Assembly (NCBI RefSeq): GCF_022045235.1
Contig: NW_027266264.1
Location: 45,570,001 to 45,634,000, forward strand
Source of the DNA: Haliotis cracherodii
Lineage: Eukaryota
DNA: 64,000 nt
Reading direction: 5' to 3'
Of this stretch, positions 9,779 through 22,289 are shown one piece after another (position 1 is the stretch's first letter; the number at the start of each line of letters is the position of its first letter). Made by a program: the position numbers and the translations under genes. Under the pieces are notes generated by a model. It was not told the DNA's origin. It did not search any database and saw only the letters and a list, made by a program, of their open reading frames with translations.

Positions 9779-11756
9779 ACATCTCCCAGCCACACCTGAT
9801 TAGGACGTCTCTGTTCCAGTGGCGGGAGAGCTCATGATCACTCTGTTGTCAGACACCCATGTTTTTGTCACATCTCTGAGCACTCTTGTACCTTATCTTG
9901 CTTCATTTCTTCTTTCTTTGACATGTGAATTTGTTTGTTGATACAACAGTTATTGTTGAGCTTCCAGGCAGTAGGTTGCCATCCAGTGGAACTCTAAGGT
10001 AGTAATAATTACTAGTTGTAGTTATAGTAATAATGGCCAACCTGGGGCTGTGGGTTGGCCTATTTGTGCCTACTGATGTCTTGCCCACTGTGGATCCTCA
10101 TGTCTTAGCGAGATATGTGTGCATGTTGGTGAGGACTACACAGCATGGTTCCCAGAGCTCAGTATTGCTGTATTTAGAGTGCTAGACACAATATGTAGAG
10201 ATGGGATAAGAATATGTTTTTAGGTTTTTGTTATATACAAATCTCATTAATTTTGAAGCTGTACAGTTTTAAAATGCAATTTTTAGAACCTTCAGTGATA
10301 TATTGTTTTATGATATACAATTTTTATGATGTTATAATCTTTTTTGATGATATATATTTAATTGGATTGTATATTTACTTGTGCCAGGTCATATTTGATG
10401 TTGCTGGTCAGGGTAGAGTGCGTGTGTCATGGCAATAATTGATGCATATGTCTTTACTGGGGTAATGTTATCATACATGCACAGACTATCAGACAAAGAT
10501 AAGTATTATTCAATAGGAATAATGTCCCTTGAACTTACTGGTCATGAATGTACCGTATCAACAGTGGTCTATTTATATACAGGTTTCATGTAATACATGT
10601 ACAATGCAATACATTTTAGGGTTATTTATTTTTAGGGCATAACAACTAAGTGGTAACTACCTCCTGTCAACAGTAAACAATCAGTTTACAGGAGATGAAT
10701 ATTTCTCTATATAGCAGATAAATGGAACTCCACCTATAGCTGTTATAGTCTTAAGAAGACAGAGTCTGATACTGTGTCAGCTGCAGGGGTGATGATGATG
10801 ATGTTCTGTCTGTGACACGGTGGGTTAGAATTAGACTGAAGGTATTGTCTCCTCTAAAGTACCTCAACAACTAGGACAGGTCATATGCTAAGTTCTAACA
10901 GTGCTCTAAATAGTAAAGTGAAATTTAGTATGAAAGAATATGTTCATATGTGATTTATTTAAGTCAATTAATTAAGTAAATTTTGTCAAGTGCATAATAA
11001 AAGCCACTGCCACTGCCAGAATTTCATAATAGTGAAATTACATGACATTACACGATATTGTCGGGGCATGTCCACAAACACTTGAGACAAGAGAACAAAT
11101 TGTGTAGCTGTGTCCAGTCCGTAAATAAGCAGGGGTCTGTGACCTTTGGAAAATGGACAAATTTGAGGAACGTGCTGTGGTCAAGTTTTTGACATCATGT
11201 AATGTCCACATCAAAAGAGTTTACTGTTAAGAAATCCCTTCTGTAACATCACTACATACTCAACATCTATAGTATACAAAACATCTAGATTCTACTAAAC
11301 ATCTATATTGTATTAAACATGTATATTGTACAATGCTCCTTATGTCTATGTACTTGTACATTTATGAGCCTGTCCAGATTTGTGAAGTCATTTTAATTGT
11401 TTAATATGATAGTGTCCTACAGTCACAGAAAGATGTACACCTGTAGAGTGTCTGTAGTCTGTCAGCATGGACGGTGCTGTAGACACCGGGAACTTCACAC
11501 ATGGCTAAGTTTGTGTACTTATCAAGTTCCAGATAATCTACAGCACTCTTCCTGTATACATGATGAAGATCAATATTCCATGTCCGTTGAATGTGCTTAT
11601 AGACATAGGATCTACTTTTCATCAGTCAGTCATGTATTGTGTCATATAGCTGATGAGGAACAAGTAGGCTTGCTTGAAACAGTGAATCATCGCAACAACT
11701 AAGAAGATAATCATTCATACTATCTTGCCACTAGTTATATGTCAACATTTGCACGC

Positions 11757-12989
11757 CACAATAGAGCATAGCAAGGTGGTACACTCACCAGTGTGTGTCC
11801 AGCAGATACTGGACACTGTACAACACGCAGTGACAATAGAGCATTGCAAGGTGGTACACTCACCAGTGTGTGTCCATCAGATAATGGACACTGTACAACA
11901 CGCAGTGACAATAGAGCATTGCAAGGTGGTACACTCACCAGTGTGTGTCCATCAGATAATGGACACTGTACAACATGCAGTGACAATAGAGCATTGCAAG
12001 GTGGTACACTCACCAGTGTGTGTCCAGCAGATACTGGACACTGTACAACATGCTTTGACAATAGAGCATTGCAAGGTGGTACACTCACCAGTGTGTGTCC
12101 ATCAGATAATGGACACTGTACAACATGCAGTGACAATAGAGCATTGCAAGGTGGTACACTCACCAGTGTGTGTCCAGCAGATACTGGACACTGTACAATA
12201 CGCAGTGACAATAGAGCATTGCAAGGTGGTACACTCACCAGTGTGTGTCCATCAGATACTGGACACTGTACAACACGCAGTGACAATAGAGCATTGCAAG
12301 GTGGTACACTCACCAGTGTGTGTCCATCAGATACTGGACACTGTACAACACGCAGTGACAATAGAGCATTGCAAGGTGGTACACTCACCAGTGTGTGTCC
12401 ATCAGATACTGGACACTGTACAACACGCAGTGACAATAGAGCATTGTAAGGTGGTACACTCACCAGTGTGTGTCCATCAGATAATGGACACTGTACAACA
12501 TGCAGTGACAATAGAGCATTGCAAGGTGGTACACTCACCAGTGTGTGTCCATCAGATAATGGACAACACGCAGTGACAATAGAGCATTGCAAGGTGGTAC
12601 ACTCACCAGTGTGTGTCCATCAGATACTGGACACTGTACAACACGCAGTGACAATAGAGCATTGCAAGGTGGTACACTCATCAGTGTGTGTCCATCAGAT
12701 ACTGGACACTGTACAACACGCAGTGACAATAGAGCATTGCAAGGTGGTACACTCACCAGTGTGTGTCCATCAGATAATGGACACTGTACAACATGCAGTG
12801 ACAATAGAGCATTGCAAGGTGGTACACTCACCAGTGTGTGTCCATCAGATAATGGACAACACGCAGTGACAATAGAGCATTGCAAGGTGGTACACTCACC
12901 AGTGTGTGTCCATCAGATACTGGACACTGTACAACACGCAGTGACAATAGAGCATTGCAAGGTGGTACACTCATCAGTGTGTGTCCAGC
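11757..12989. repeat. 75-bp minisatellite, about 16 units
   Basis: Unit acaatagagcattgcaaggtggtacactcaccagtgtgtgtccatcagatactggacactgtacaacacgcagtg. Confidence 0.97.
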
Positions 12990-14118
12990 GGAGGAGGATG
13001 TTTACACGTGTGGTTAACCCTAGCACGGCTCATGTGTTGTGCCAGCAAGTGAATAATCAACATCAAAACATGGGTGAAATAGTTTTTAATGCATAAATGT
13101 GCTTAAGACTTTGTTGTACACCTTATGAAAAAGACTTGACTCTTTGGAAATGCAAACTTTGTATTGAATCTTTTTCTCACTTATAAAGATACATGTGGAG
13201 GACCATAATTTGACCTTCAGTTTGTTATGACATGGAACTGAATATTGTAGTTATTTTTTCAACTGTTTTTTTTAATTTGAAAACATTAAAGAACCCGAAA
13301 GCTTTGAGAGCTGGTATTTTGGTATGAGACATAACGTTACAATGAGGTTGGGATTTAATAATGTCATTTAGATTAAGATTAGATGTAGGTTTATTTCAAA
13401 GAACTAAAAACGGAGAATATTTAAAAATATGGCAGTGGTCAAGCTGCGGTACTTATTATCAGTTACTTTCCTGCCCGACCATCTGCACTCAGTGTGGTCA
13501 TTGTTGATGATGTGACGATTAGGTACCATACATTTCAGAAAATAGATACTTTACAAAAATGTTTGTTAACATATAATAAGAATAGGACACTGAGATTATT
13601 CTGTCTGTTAACATCAACCAGACCACATTGCACACCCGCCACACACAACAAATAACAAATAACACTCACTTTGAATGAATGTCACTGGTGAGGAACACTG
13701 CCTTGGCATTAAGTTTGTTTCTTTGTTACACTGTAAGAATACTAAGGTGAAAGAATATGTGGCCAGATCTGTATTGTCAAATACATTGGACACAAAACCA
13801 GGTTGACTTCTGAGTTAACTCATCAAATGCTGACTGCCAGCACAATCCTGCTGTTCAATCAGATTTGAGTATATGTTCATTGTAATTTCTACAGTTTCAC
13901 AGTTGTGGTACCTGGCACATGACTACCGGGGTAGTTGTAATTAGATGTGTTGTTGCTGAAGGGCATCCAAGTTCACAGAACTAATTGTCTTGCACTTTTT
14001 TGTTATAAGATATATTATCAGATGTGTACCTTCCCATTACAGAGAGTGAAAGTTTCAAAGGTTGATGTATACACAAAATAATTATAAATATTTCTGCTTT
14101 TGCAATCAAAATTAATTA

Positions 14119-14451
14119 CCGTATTCGACATTATAAGAGCCGTGCTCTAATAAGCGCCCACAGCAATATTTGCTAATATATTGAACAATCCCATTTAGCA
14201 CCCCTTCTGATTGATAAATGTACGCAAGACTATTTATTCATGCATAATATGTTTGTTATATGCAACCTTAATTATGGGCAATTAAATTCTGGAAAAATAT
14301 ATCTGTTGTATATGAACATTTCAGGCTGTTAGCATAAACCACGAAATTTACGATCTGTCAACTCTGTTGTTTTTCACCAAAATAATATTCTAATAAGGGC
14401 CCCCTATTTCTAATTTTGAGAGCACCCCGGCGCTTATTATGTCGAATACGG
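14119..14451. mobile_element. MITE with TA target duplication (Tc1/mariner/pogo-type)
   Basis: ta|ccgtattcgacattataag ... cttattatgtcgaatacgg|ta. A partial second copy lies at about 53848-54037. Confidence 0.85.
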
Positions 14452-15594
14452 TATCTGTGTTTGATTATGATGAAATTGGTGCCAGTTAGTGTTACTACAG
14501 TATGTCAAACATAATTAGCGTACACACATGCTAGTTTGCATCATGAACATGCATCTAGCCACTACTAGTATAGGTGTCAGACCTCATGGCAAAGGCAAGG
14601 ACCAAAATTAATACCACTTTTACTGTAAACTATATTCATGAAACAATATTGTATACTTTGGCGTGAGCTGTGAAGCAAACAGGCAGCAGTGTAATTAACA
14701 TGTCTGATGATATTTTAGAGAGGTGTTAAGGATAACATGTTAACCTGATATATCAGGTACCAACAATAACAGAAACACACTCTTACAAAACACTTGATAG
14801 TCTTGACATGGCGATGCATATGTTGCCTGTCTGGCATAGTCATGAAGTGAATTCACTAATGTTGCATCATTATAACCTGTTCAAACCTGGCAATTTCAAA
14901 ATATTCACAGGTGTTTGAACCACTCATGTTGTAATTGACGGGTGATAACCCATTTTGTGTTCTTGTTGTTTTGCACACATATAATGTGATTTGATCTTGA
15001 TTTCTTCAGTGGTATATATTCTGTTTATTAACACAATCAACTAAAGAAATCATTGTAATCACTTTTGTTTTCTTTGAGAAAATGTTTTATTCTCAATGTT
15101 ACTTGCACTTAACTCATTTTTTTAACATAACCAAAATATTTTGTTGAAAGTATGTATTTAATGTGCATTCCTGTGTACCAGATATGATGCCGCCTTAATC
15201 TAGCATTTAGCTGCCAAGTACAGAGAGCAGTGTAATGTTGGCAATATTTATGTGCCTGTACTTGTTAGTATTGAAAGTTATCTGTACTCTTATATAGTTT
15301 GCCTTCCTGATTAGAATTACCAGGCTGATATGTACAACTATCAAGGTTGTCTCCATTTTGTGGTAGATTTAAAAATCTGTTGTTACACGATATAATGCCA
15401 AAAATCACACTATCAACAAAAGTATCACTTTTTTTCTGGAAGAAAGGCATTGTCATCAATTGAGCAGTCCAATCTCTGGGGCTAAAGTTTAGCAGAAGAA
15501 GGTCAGACATCTGTTGGACTGGTTCAACAGCAGATGAGAGAAAAATAATCACTAAACTTTGCAGAATGTGTCAAAACACCTGATATGCTTAGTC

Positions 15595-16158
15595 ACTTAC
15601 AGCCTAACTGGTGACACTATGACACAGTTACAGCCTCACTGGTGGCACTATGACACAGTAACAGCCTCACTGGTGACACTATAACACAGTAACAGCCTCA
15701 CTGGTGACACTATGACACAGTTACAGCCTCACTGGTGACACTATGACACAGTTACAGCCTCACTGGTGGCACTATGACACAGTTACAGCCTCACTGGTGG
15801 GACTATGACACAGTAACAGCCTCACTGGTGGCACTATAACACAGTTACAGCCTCACTGGTGGCACTATGACACAGTAACAGCCTCACTGGTGGCACTATA
15901 ACACAGTTACAGCCTCACTGGTGGCACTATAACACAGTAACAGCCTCACTGGTGGCACTATAACACAGTTACAGCCTCACTGGTGGTACTATGACAGAGT
16001 TACAGCCTCACTGGTGGCACTATAACACAGTAACAGCCTCACTGGTGACACTATGACAGAGTTACAGCCTCACTGGTGGCACTATGACAGAGTTACAGCC
16101 TCACTGGTGGCACTATAACACAGTAACAGCCTCACTGGTGGCACTATAACACAGTAAG
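15595..16158. repeat. 31-bp minisatellite
   Basis: Unit acagcctcactggtg(g/a)cactat(g/a)acacagt(t/a). Confidence 0.97.
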
Positions 16159-17170
16159 AGCATATCTGCCAGCATTACAACAGTTAAAGTCTTTCTGAGA
16201 ACATTATGACAGTTACAGACTCTCTGTGAACATTATGACAGTTACAACCCCTCTGCCAACATTATGACAGTTACAGACTTTCTGCGAAGATTATGACAGT
16301 TACAGACTCTCTGCCAACATTATGAAAGTTACAGCCTCTCTGCCAACATTATGACAGTTACAGACTTTCTGCGAAGATTATGACAGTTACAGCCTCTCTG
16401 CCAACATTATGACAGTTACAGACTTTTCTACCAACATTATGACAGTTACAGACTCTCTTTGAACAATATGACAGTTACAGACTTTCTGCCAACATTATGA
16501 CAGTTACAGCCTCTCTGCCAACATGACAGTTACAGACTTTTCTACCAACATTATGACAGTTACAGACTCTTTGAACATTATGATAGTAACAGCTTCTCTG
16601 CCAACATTATGACAGTTACAGCCCCTCTGCCAACATTATGACAGTTACAGACTTTCTGCCAACATTATGACAGTTACAGTCCCTCTGCCAACATTATGAC
16701 AGTTACAGCCCCTCTGCGAATATTATGATAGTAATAGCCTCTCTGCCAACATTATGACAGTTACAGCCTCTCTGCCAACATTATGACAGTTACAGACTTT
16801 TCTACCAACATTATTAAAGTTACAGACTCTCTTTGAACATTATGACAGTTACAGACATTCTGCGAACATTATGACAGTTACAGACTTTCTGAGAACATTA
16901 TGACAGTTACAGACTCTGTGAACATTATGACAGTTACAGACTTTCTGCGAACATTATGATAGTAACAGCCTCTCTGCCAACATTATGACAGTTACAGCCC
17001 CTCTCTGAATATTATGATAGTAACAGCCTCTCTGCCAACATTATGACAGTTACAGCCCCTCTGCCAACATTATGACAGTCACAGCCCCTCTGCGAATATT
17101 ATGATAGTAACAGCCTCTCTGCCAACATTATGACAGTTACAGCCTCTCTGCCAACATTATGACAGTTACT
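16159..17170. repeat. 29-bp minisatellite related to the adjacent 31-mer
   Basis: Unit acattatgacagttacagcctctctgcca, with variants. Confidence 0.97.
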
Positions 17171-19499
17171 GGCTACATATAGCATGGTCAGTATGTGTTT
17201 GACTGCTCCAAGGTTTACTGTTTACAGCAATATGTTCAGTAGTAGCAGAGGTTGAAATGTGCTCCGGATTTCTCTGTTGTGGCATTATTGACACAAATTC
17301 GTACAACAACTCACTTATAAATCTACCATGAATTGGTCAATCTGAATTTTATGGATATGTGCAAAGGGAGAGGCAGAAGATGTGCATTTACTAACCTTTA
17401 ATCAAAATGTCACAATTCAGACGGTGATGTGAGATGTAACTTGCACACATTGAGCCACTTGTTCTTTCTTTTTGGTATTGCAGGGACAGCTTATGTACAA
17501 TTGTAATTGGTGGAAATAGCAATGTGAGATTGATGTTGTATTGGCAACATATATTAAACAGACACGTTTTCTATCTTATCATCCCTCAAAATGAGATGTT
17601 GAGTATATTGATATATAGTTTTTGAACTACACAAAGAATATGATATTTAGATTATTCCATTGTCTGTGTTTTAGTTGGGAGAAGTATTGGCATGCTTGAG
17701 TATCAATTTGACTATGGGATAGTTGAGTGTGATAGTGGGCTAGCTTTTACTGTGATATTACTTACCTACACAGATGTGGTACTGTAGGTAGATGCCATGT
17801 TTAACATCTTCCTCTGTTAAACATCAGTATGTTATTTTCCGTTTTAAAAACATATATAAAAGATAATAAAAGATTGGTGGAGTTTGATTGTATGTTGAGT
17901 CTTGATGATCCCAACCATCTCATCCTGGGGCTGGTGGATGATGACTTCCAGCGTTTGGTTTTGGCTTGAGTAAGGCAAGTTGTTACTGTACATTGTATAT
18001 AAACATTGTCATTGGACTCCCAGGCTAATCAGCAAGTCTGCAGCTAAGAATTCTTGTGCCTTCAGTCGACCATCTCATCACGGTGACATTTTGTTGGCAT
18101 CACCAGCTGCCTGCAGGGAATGTGGTAAATACGAGATTGCTGGGGCACCCATTCCACCTGCTGGGAGTGCTGAGATCTGTTGTGCTCTGTGGACACTTCA
18201 GCTAGAGAATCACAGCTTCATGCATTAGATTTCTCAGTCCTCTCTCATGCAGAGGATTGGAGCTCTGTTACTATCAGATCTCTCCCAGACTTTGTAGCCA
18301 AGAATCGTTATTCCATACCTGCACTAAAAGAGTGAGTGAGTGATTTGGGCTTTGCACTACTTTGAACAGTATTCCAGTGGCGTGTCAGCATCAGATGTGA
18401 GGAAAGCCCCAAATGATGCAGGTCTCGGTTGTTTACCACCTTAGTGAAACCCACGAACACAGGTCTGGTGATCACAAACATAGAAACATAAGTGTGCCTA
18501 AACAGGATTAGTAGGTTCATAGGTTTCTGGTGTGCCAAAGGAACATATACCCCTGCACAGCTACTTGGACGACTGGCCACCTACGCCCACCTGCGCCAGG
18601 TAGAACTGTGGACCAGCCAGCACTCCAGTCTTTGTTCACAGTAACAAGGCCTCACAGTACAGTACACAGGAAGAGACACTTCATATCCTGAAAAAACTTT
18701 CTCTGGCAAAGACATAACTAAGGCCACAGTTGCTGATGGTTAAAGTAGATTGGTGACTATACTTTGCTCTGTAAAGTATAGTGGATATCAACATGATTGT
18801 TGATTGAGCAAGATTTTATAGTTAAAATAGGACTCGATGATTTGCTTGACACATGTAAAACCTCGAGAGGGGGAAAAGCCAGGAAAATATCTGGATGCTT
18901 TATAGTGAAACAATACAGCAGTCAGGTATAAAACGAACATGCAGCATTCAGATGTCAACTTGTCAAGTACACATCACAAGTATGTGTAGAAATATGAAGA
19001 TGATGCACACTTGCACTGGATATAATGCATATTACAGTTGTCCCTGGAATTCACAGTCTGAAAATAAATTATCACAGCTTACGGACAATATAGATAATGA
19101 TTATGAAAATATCATTAAAATGTCAAAGTATACTTCTAGCCTCGGGGCCCGAGTGGGTTAGATTGCTCACTTTGTGTGCTGGTGATGAAGTAAGTGTGGG
19201 TTCGAATCCGGCATGTGTAGTAGAATGTGTACTTTACTGAGAGAGTGTTATCCCAAATGTAACATGTGTTAAGTTGATGTAGATAAAAAGATAAGATCGT
19301 TCATGGTGATGTTACGCTGTCAATGATATACTCTACCTCAGTCACTGTTAGGGCATCATTTTGTCACCGGTTGTGGCCAACGATGGACTGAAGCCTTTTA
19401 GATGGGAAAATGTGGTTTATTCTATCCAATATAATGTAAGCAGCAGTATAAGTGGATGTCCAGTCGTGGAAGCAAGACGGTCTCTCCTGGTTGTGGTGT

Positions 19500-20350
19500 G
19501 TTTGTTTGTTGTTTAACGCCACACTCGCCAACATTTCACCTATATGACGCTGGTGGTGAATATGACATTGATCCGGTTAGTCGCCTCTTACGACGAGCAT
19601 AGTCGATTTTTACCACAACCATGGATTGCTGAAGACCTTATTTTAACCTGAATCTTCACGGGTAATCTGTGGCTAAAAACGAGTTCTACCGACGAGTTCT
19701 AGTGACGAGTTTAAATAGCGTATACTTTTACTTGCTGATGTGAGGTAACCGATTACTGTGAAAACAGCAAATTTGCATAGATAACAACAAATGAGAAGTA
19801 TCGTCACAATGAAGGGAATTCATTTGCTGTAAATGTTCTGGTATCGACCTGTCACACCGACCTCTTAATATTCTTTTGAGCAACACATGTGTCCACGGGA
19901 GCGTTGTTCATTTCATCGTCATGTTTGTTTGTTGTTTAACGCCACAGCTATATGACGGCGGTCTGTAAATAATCGAGTCTGGACCAGTGATTGACATCAT
20001 GGGCATCGACCTACACAACTGACATACAATGGCATGAATCAATCAAGTCACTGAGCATGACAAGCTGATCCAGGTAGTTGCCTCTTACGACAAACATTCA
20101 CCTTATGTGGTAAGCATGGGTTTCATCGCCATGGCATGCACGTGCACAACATGAGTACACCGTCTCCATGTGGTGGCCGAGAGGGACATTTCTTTCTCAC
20201 GTCAAAGCAATATCCCCTCTTGGCCACTATAGATTAGAATTAAATATATTCGGCGATAATGACAATATCGATAACTGGATACAGACTCGATTATTTACAG
20301 ACCCCCGTCATATTGTTGCAGTATTGCTAAGTGTGGTGTTAAATAACGAA
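19500..20350. mobile_element. Cluster of SINE-like fragments (family of 57312-57562)
   Basis: gtttgttgtttaacgcc tails at about 19500 and 19925, gtcgcctcttacgac and tcttcacggg motifs, and cagactcgattatttacagac at about 20282. Confidence 0.75.
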
Positions 20351-20871
20351 CATAAAAAATGAATGTTCTCATCACCGAACTCACTCTACTCCTTCTCTTG
20401 GGTTGGTCACAGCCATGGTTTGGTTGAGTTTAGGCATCAGGAAAATGCAGTGATATGACTGGCTTCTTGGTTTTTAACATGTAATTGTAAACACCTTGCT
20501 ACTTTCTCAAAATGGTGACAGCAACTTAATTACCTTTTTCATATTTTGAACTGTAATATGACGCTATTTTGGCCATCACCGTTTCTAGTCTAATTGTGGT
20601 ATACTTGTTGGATATTATACACGATTCAAAATAATATCAAGTTAATGTTCTGAGTGAAATTGTTTTTAGTTTACCCGAGGTTGAAAACTTGTGGCATACT
20701 CTGGTACCACGCCATGCGTCTTGCGCACGTCAGTGCAAGGTTTCACAGGAGGTATCCAGATAGAAGTTCAATTTTAGCTCCAGGTTGTTTTTTTCTTTTT
20801 CTAAGTGAGGATAATTAAATAACAGATTTAACTTTACTAGCTTGCCATATATATAGTTCTCGTTTGAGGCC

Positions 20872-21356
20872 AATCTAATTAAAATCAGATCTTAGTTCTC
20901 GCTACCGCTAAAACAAAGATCTGAGGACATCCCATTACGGGTCATGTCCGATGGACCTTGCGGAAGCTTTGCCGACCAGTGGAATGACCAATCAGAAGGC
21001 AGCTTTCTCGTGCTTTCGGCACTATTTTCAAATTGGCGACAACGCTTCGAAACATATTTTGACAAATTCTCGATTAAAATTTGAAACCTGAACAACAGAA
21101 CATTCTGGAATCGCTATTAGATGGTCTACATTGCATGGATTCAGTCGTTAAACCCGTAACTAGCGTTCGGAATACCCCGTGTTAAAGTCTTCGAGGATGC
21201 ATGATTAGAAATCACATTCCGACTGTCACTTTCATGATCTGGTAAGCGAAGCCCTGATTGGTCGGATGAAAGGTCGTTCTGACGTGACCTCTACTGGGAT
21301 GCCCTCAGATCTTTGTTTAGCGGTAGCGAGAACTAAGGTCTTATTTTAATTAGATT
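20872..21356. mobile_element. Non-autonomous DNA transposon/MITE with long imperfect TIRs (about 90 bp); superfamily unassigned
   Basis: aatctaattaaaatcagatcttagttctcgctaccgctaaaacaaagatctgagg... is mirrored by ...cctcagatctttgtttagcggtagcgagaactaaggtcttattttaattagatt. Confidence 0.85.
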
Positions 21357-21767
21357 TATATCAGGTCAGATTGGCAGTTATGTTATATATGGAATAGGGG
21401 ACACGTTTGATAGAAGTGTGTAATGGATTGAGTTGGTTGGCTAATGTAATGGTCGTGTTAGGTTCGAATAGCCTGATATCCAGCTGGCCACTTGGACAAG
21501 TATCGAGATATTTATACAAGCAATCCGTACAGGCGGTGACACGTCAGCCTTTTCAACCTTCATACGACGACTGCAGTACATGATGACACCAGTTGAGCAC
21601 AAGCCCCAAATGACTTCTAGCTTGTTTTTTTATCTTCGCAAGAGGACTTTGTTCACATCGTAAATATATCACAGATAAGTTATACATATATGTATTTGTC
21701 CAGGATAAATCACAGAACAAGTAGCGCACACTTACTGGACGCATTGTCTGGAAACAATAGTGCATGT

Positions 21768-22119
21768 TAGGTGAGGTGAGGTGAAATGGAGTTTAACGTC
21801 GCGTCCAAGATTATTGCACTTATATAGAGACGTGCATGTACGTGTGTGTGTTTTTTGTGTGGCTGCTTGTACTAGTCCGGACTGATGCCGATTTATAGTG
21901 CTAGCTCACTGAGATACCATGCCGCAGTTTAACATGAATACCACACTCAGACACAGTATACTGACTCCGAGCCGACCAGTCCTTGTTTTAGCCCCTTATT
22001 GCCGAGCGCCAGACAGGGTAACAACACGTACCATCTTTTAACGTCTTTTGGTATGACGCGGTCGGGGATCGAACCCCGGACCTTCCGCTCTCCGGGCGGA
22101 CGCTCTACCACTAGACCAC
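21768..22119 (-). mobile_element. tRNA-derived SINE (about 350 bp) with 13-bp TSD
   Basis: Minus-strand head GGTCTAGTGGTAGAGCG (A box) and GGTTCGATCCC (B box), with a (cacct)n tail. caatagtgcatgt is duplicated at 21755-21767 and 22120-22132. Confidence 0.88.
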
Positions 22120-22289
22120 CAATAGTGCATGTGTTTGTTGACGTAAGCGTAGGAGTGTTTCATCTGCTTATTATTTTCTAAATATATACCTTACATAGAA
22201 ACACGTAACTAGATTGTTGGTTAAGGATGTGCAAACTGTTGCAGTGTCTTGGATTCAAGAACGTACGTGTCAAGTATCACGTATACGTA

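Noticed and set aside
11725-13096. Long Cys/His-rich repetitive ORFs on both strands
   Set aside because: Artefact of a 75-bp (multiple of 3) minisatellite open in several frames. Frame-breaking 68-bp units are tolerated.
15595-17170. CRISPR-like periodicity (also 30323-31215 and 57700-59445)
   Set aside because: Units are head-to-tail with no unique spacers, there are no cas genes, and the context is eukaryotic.
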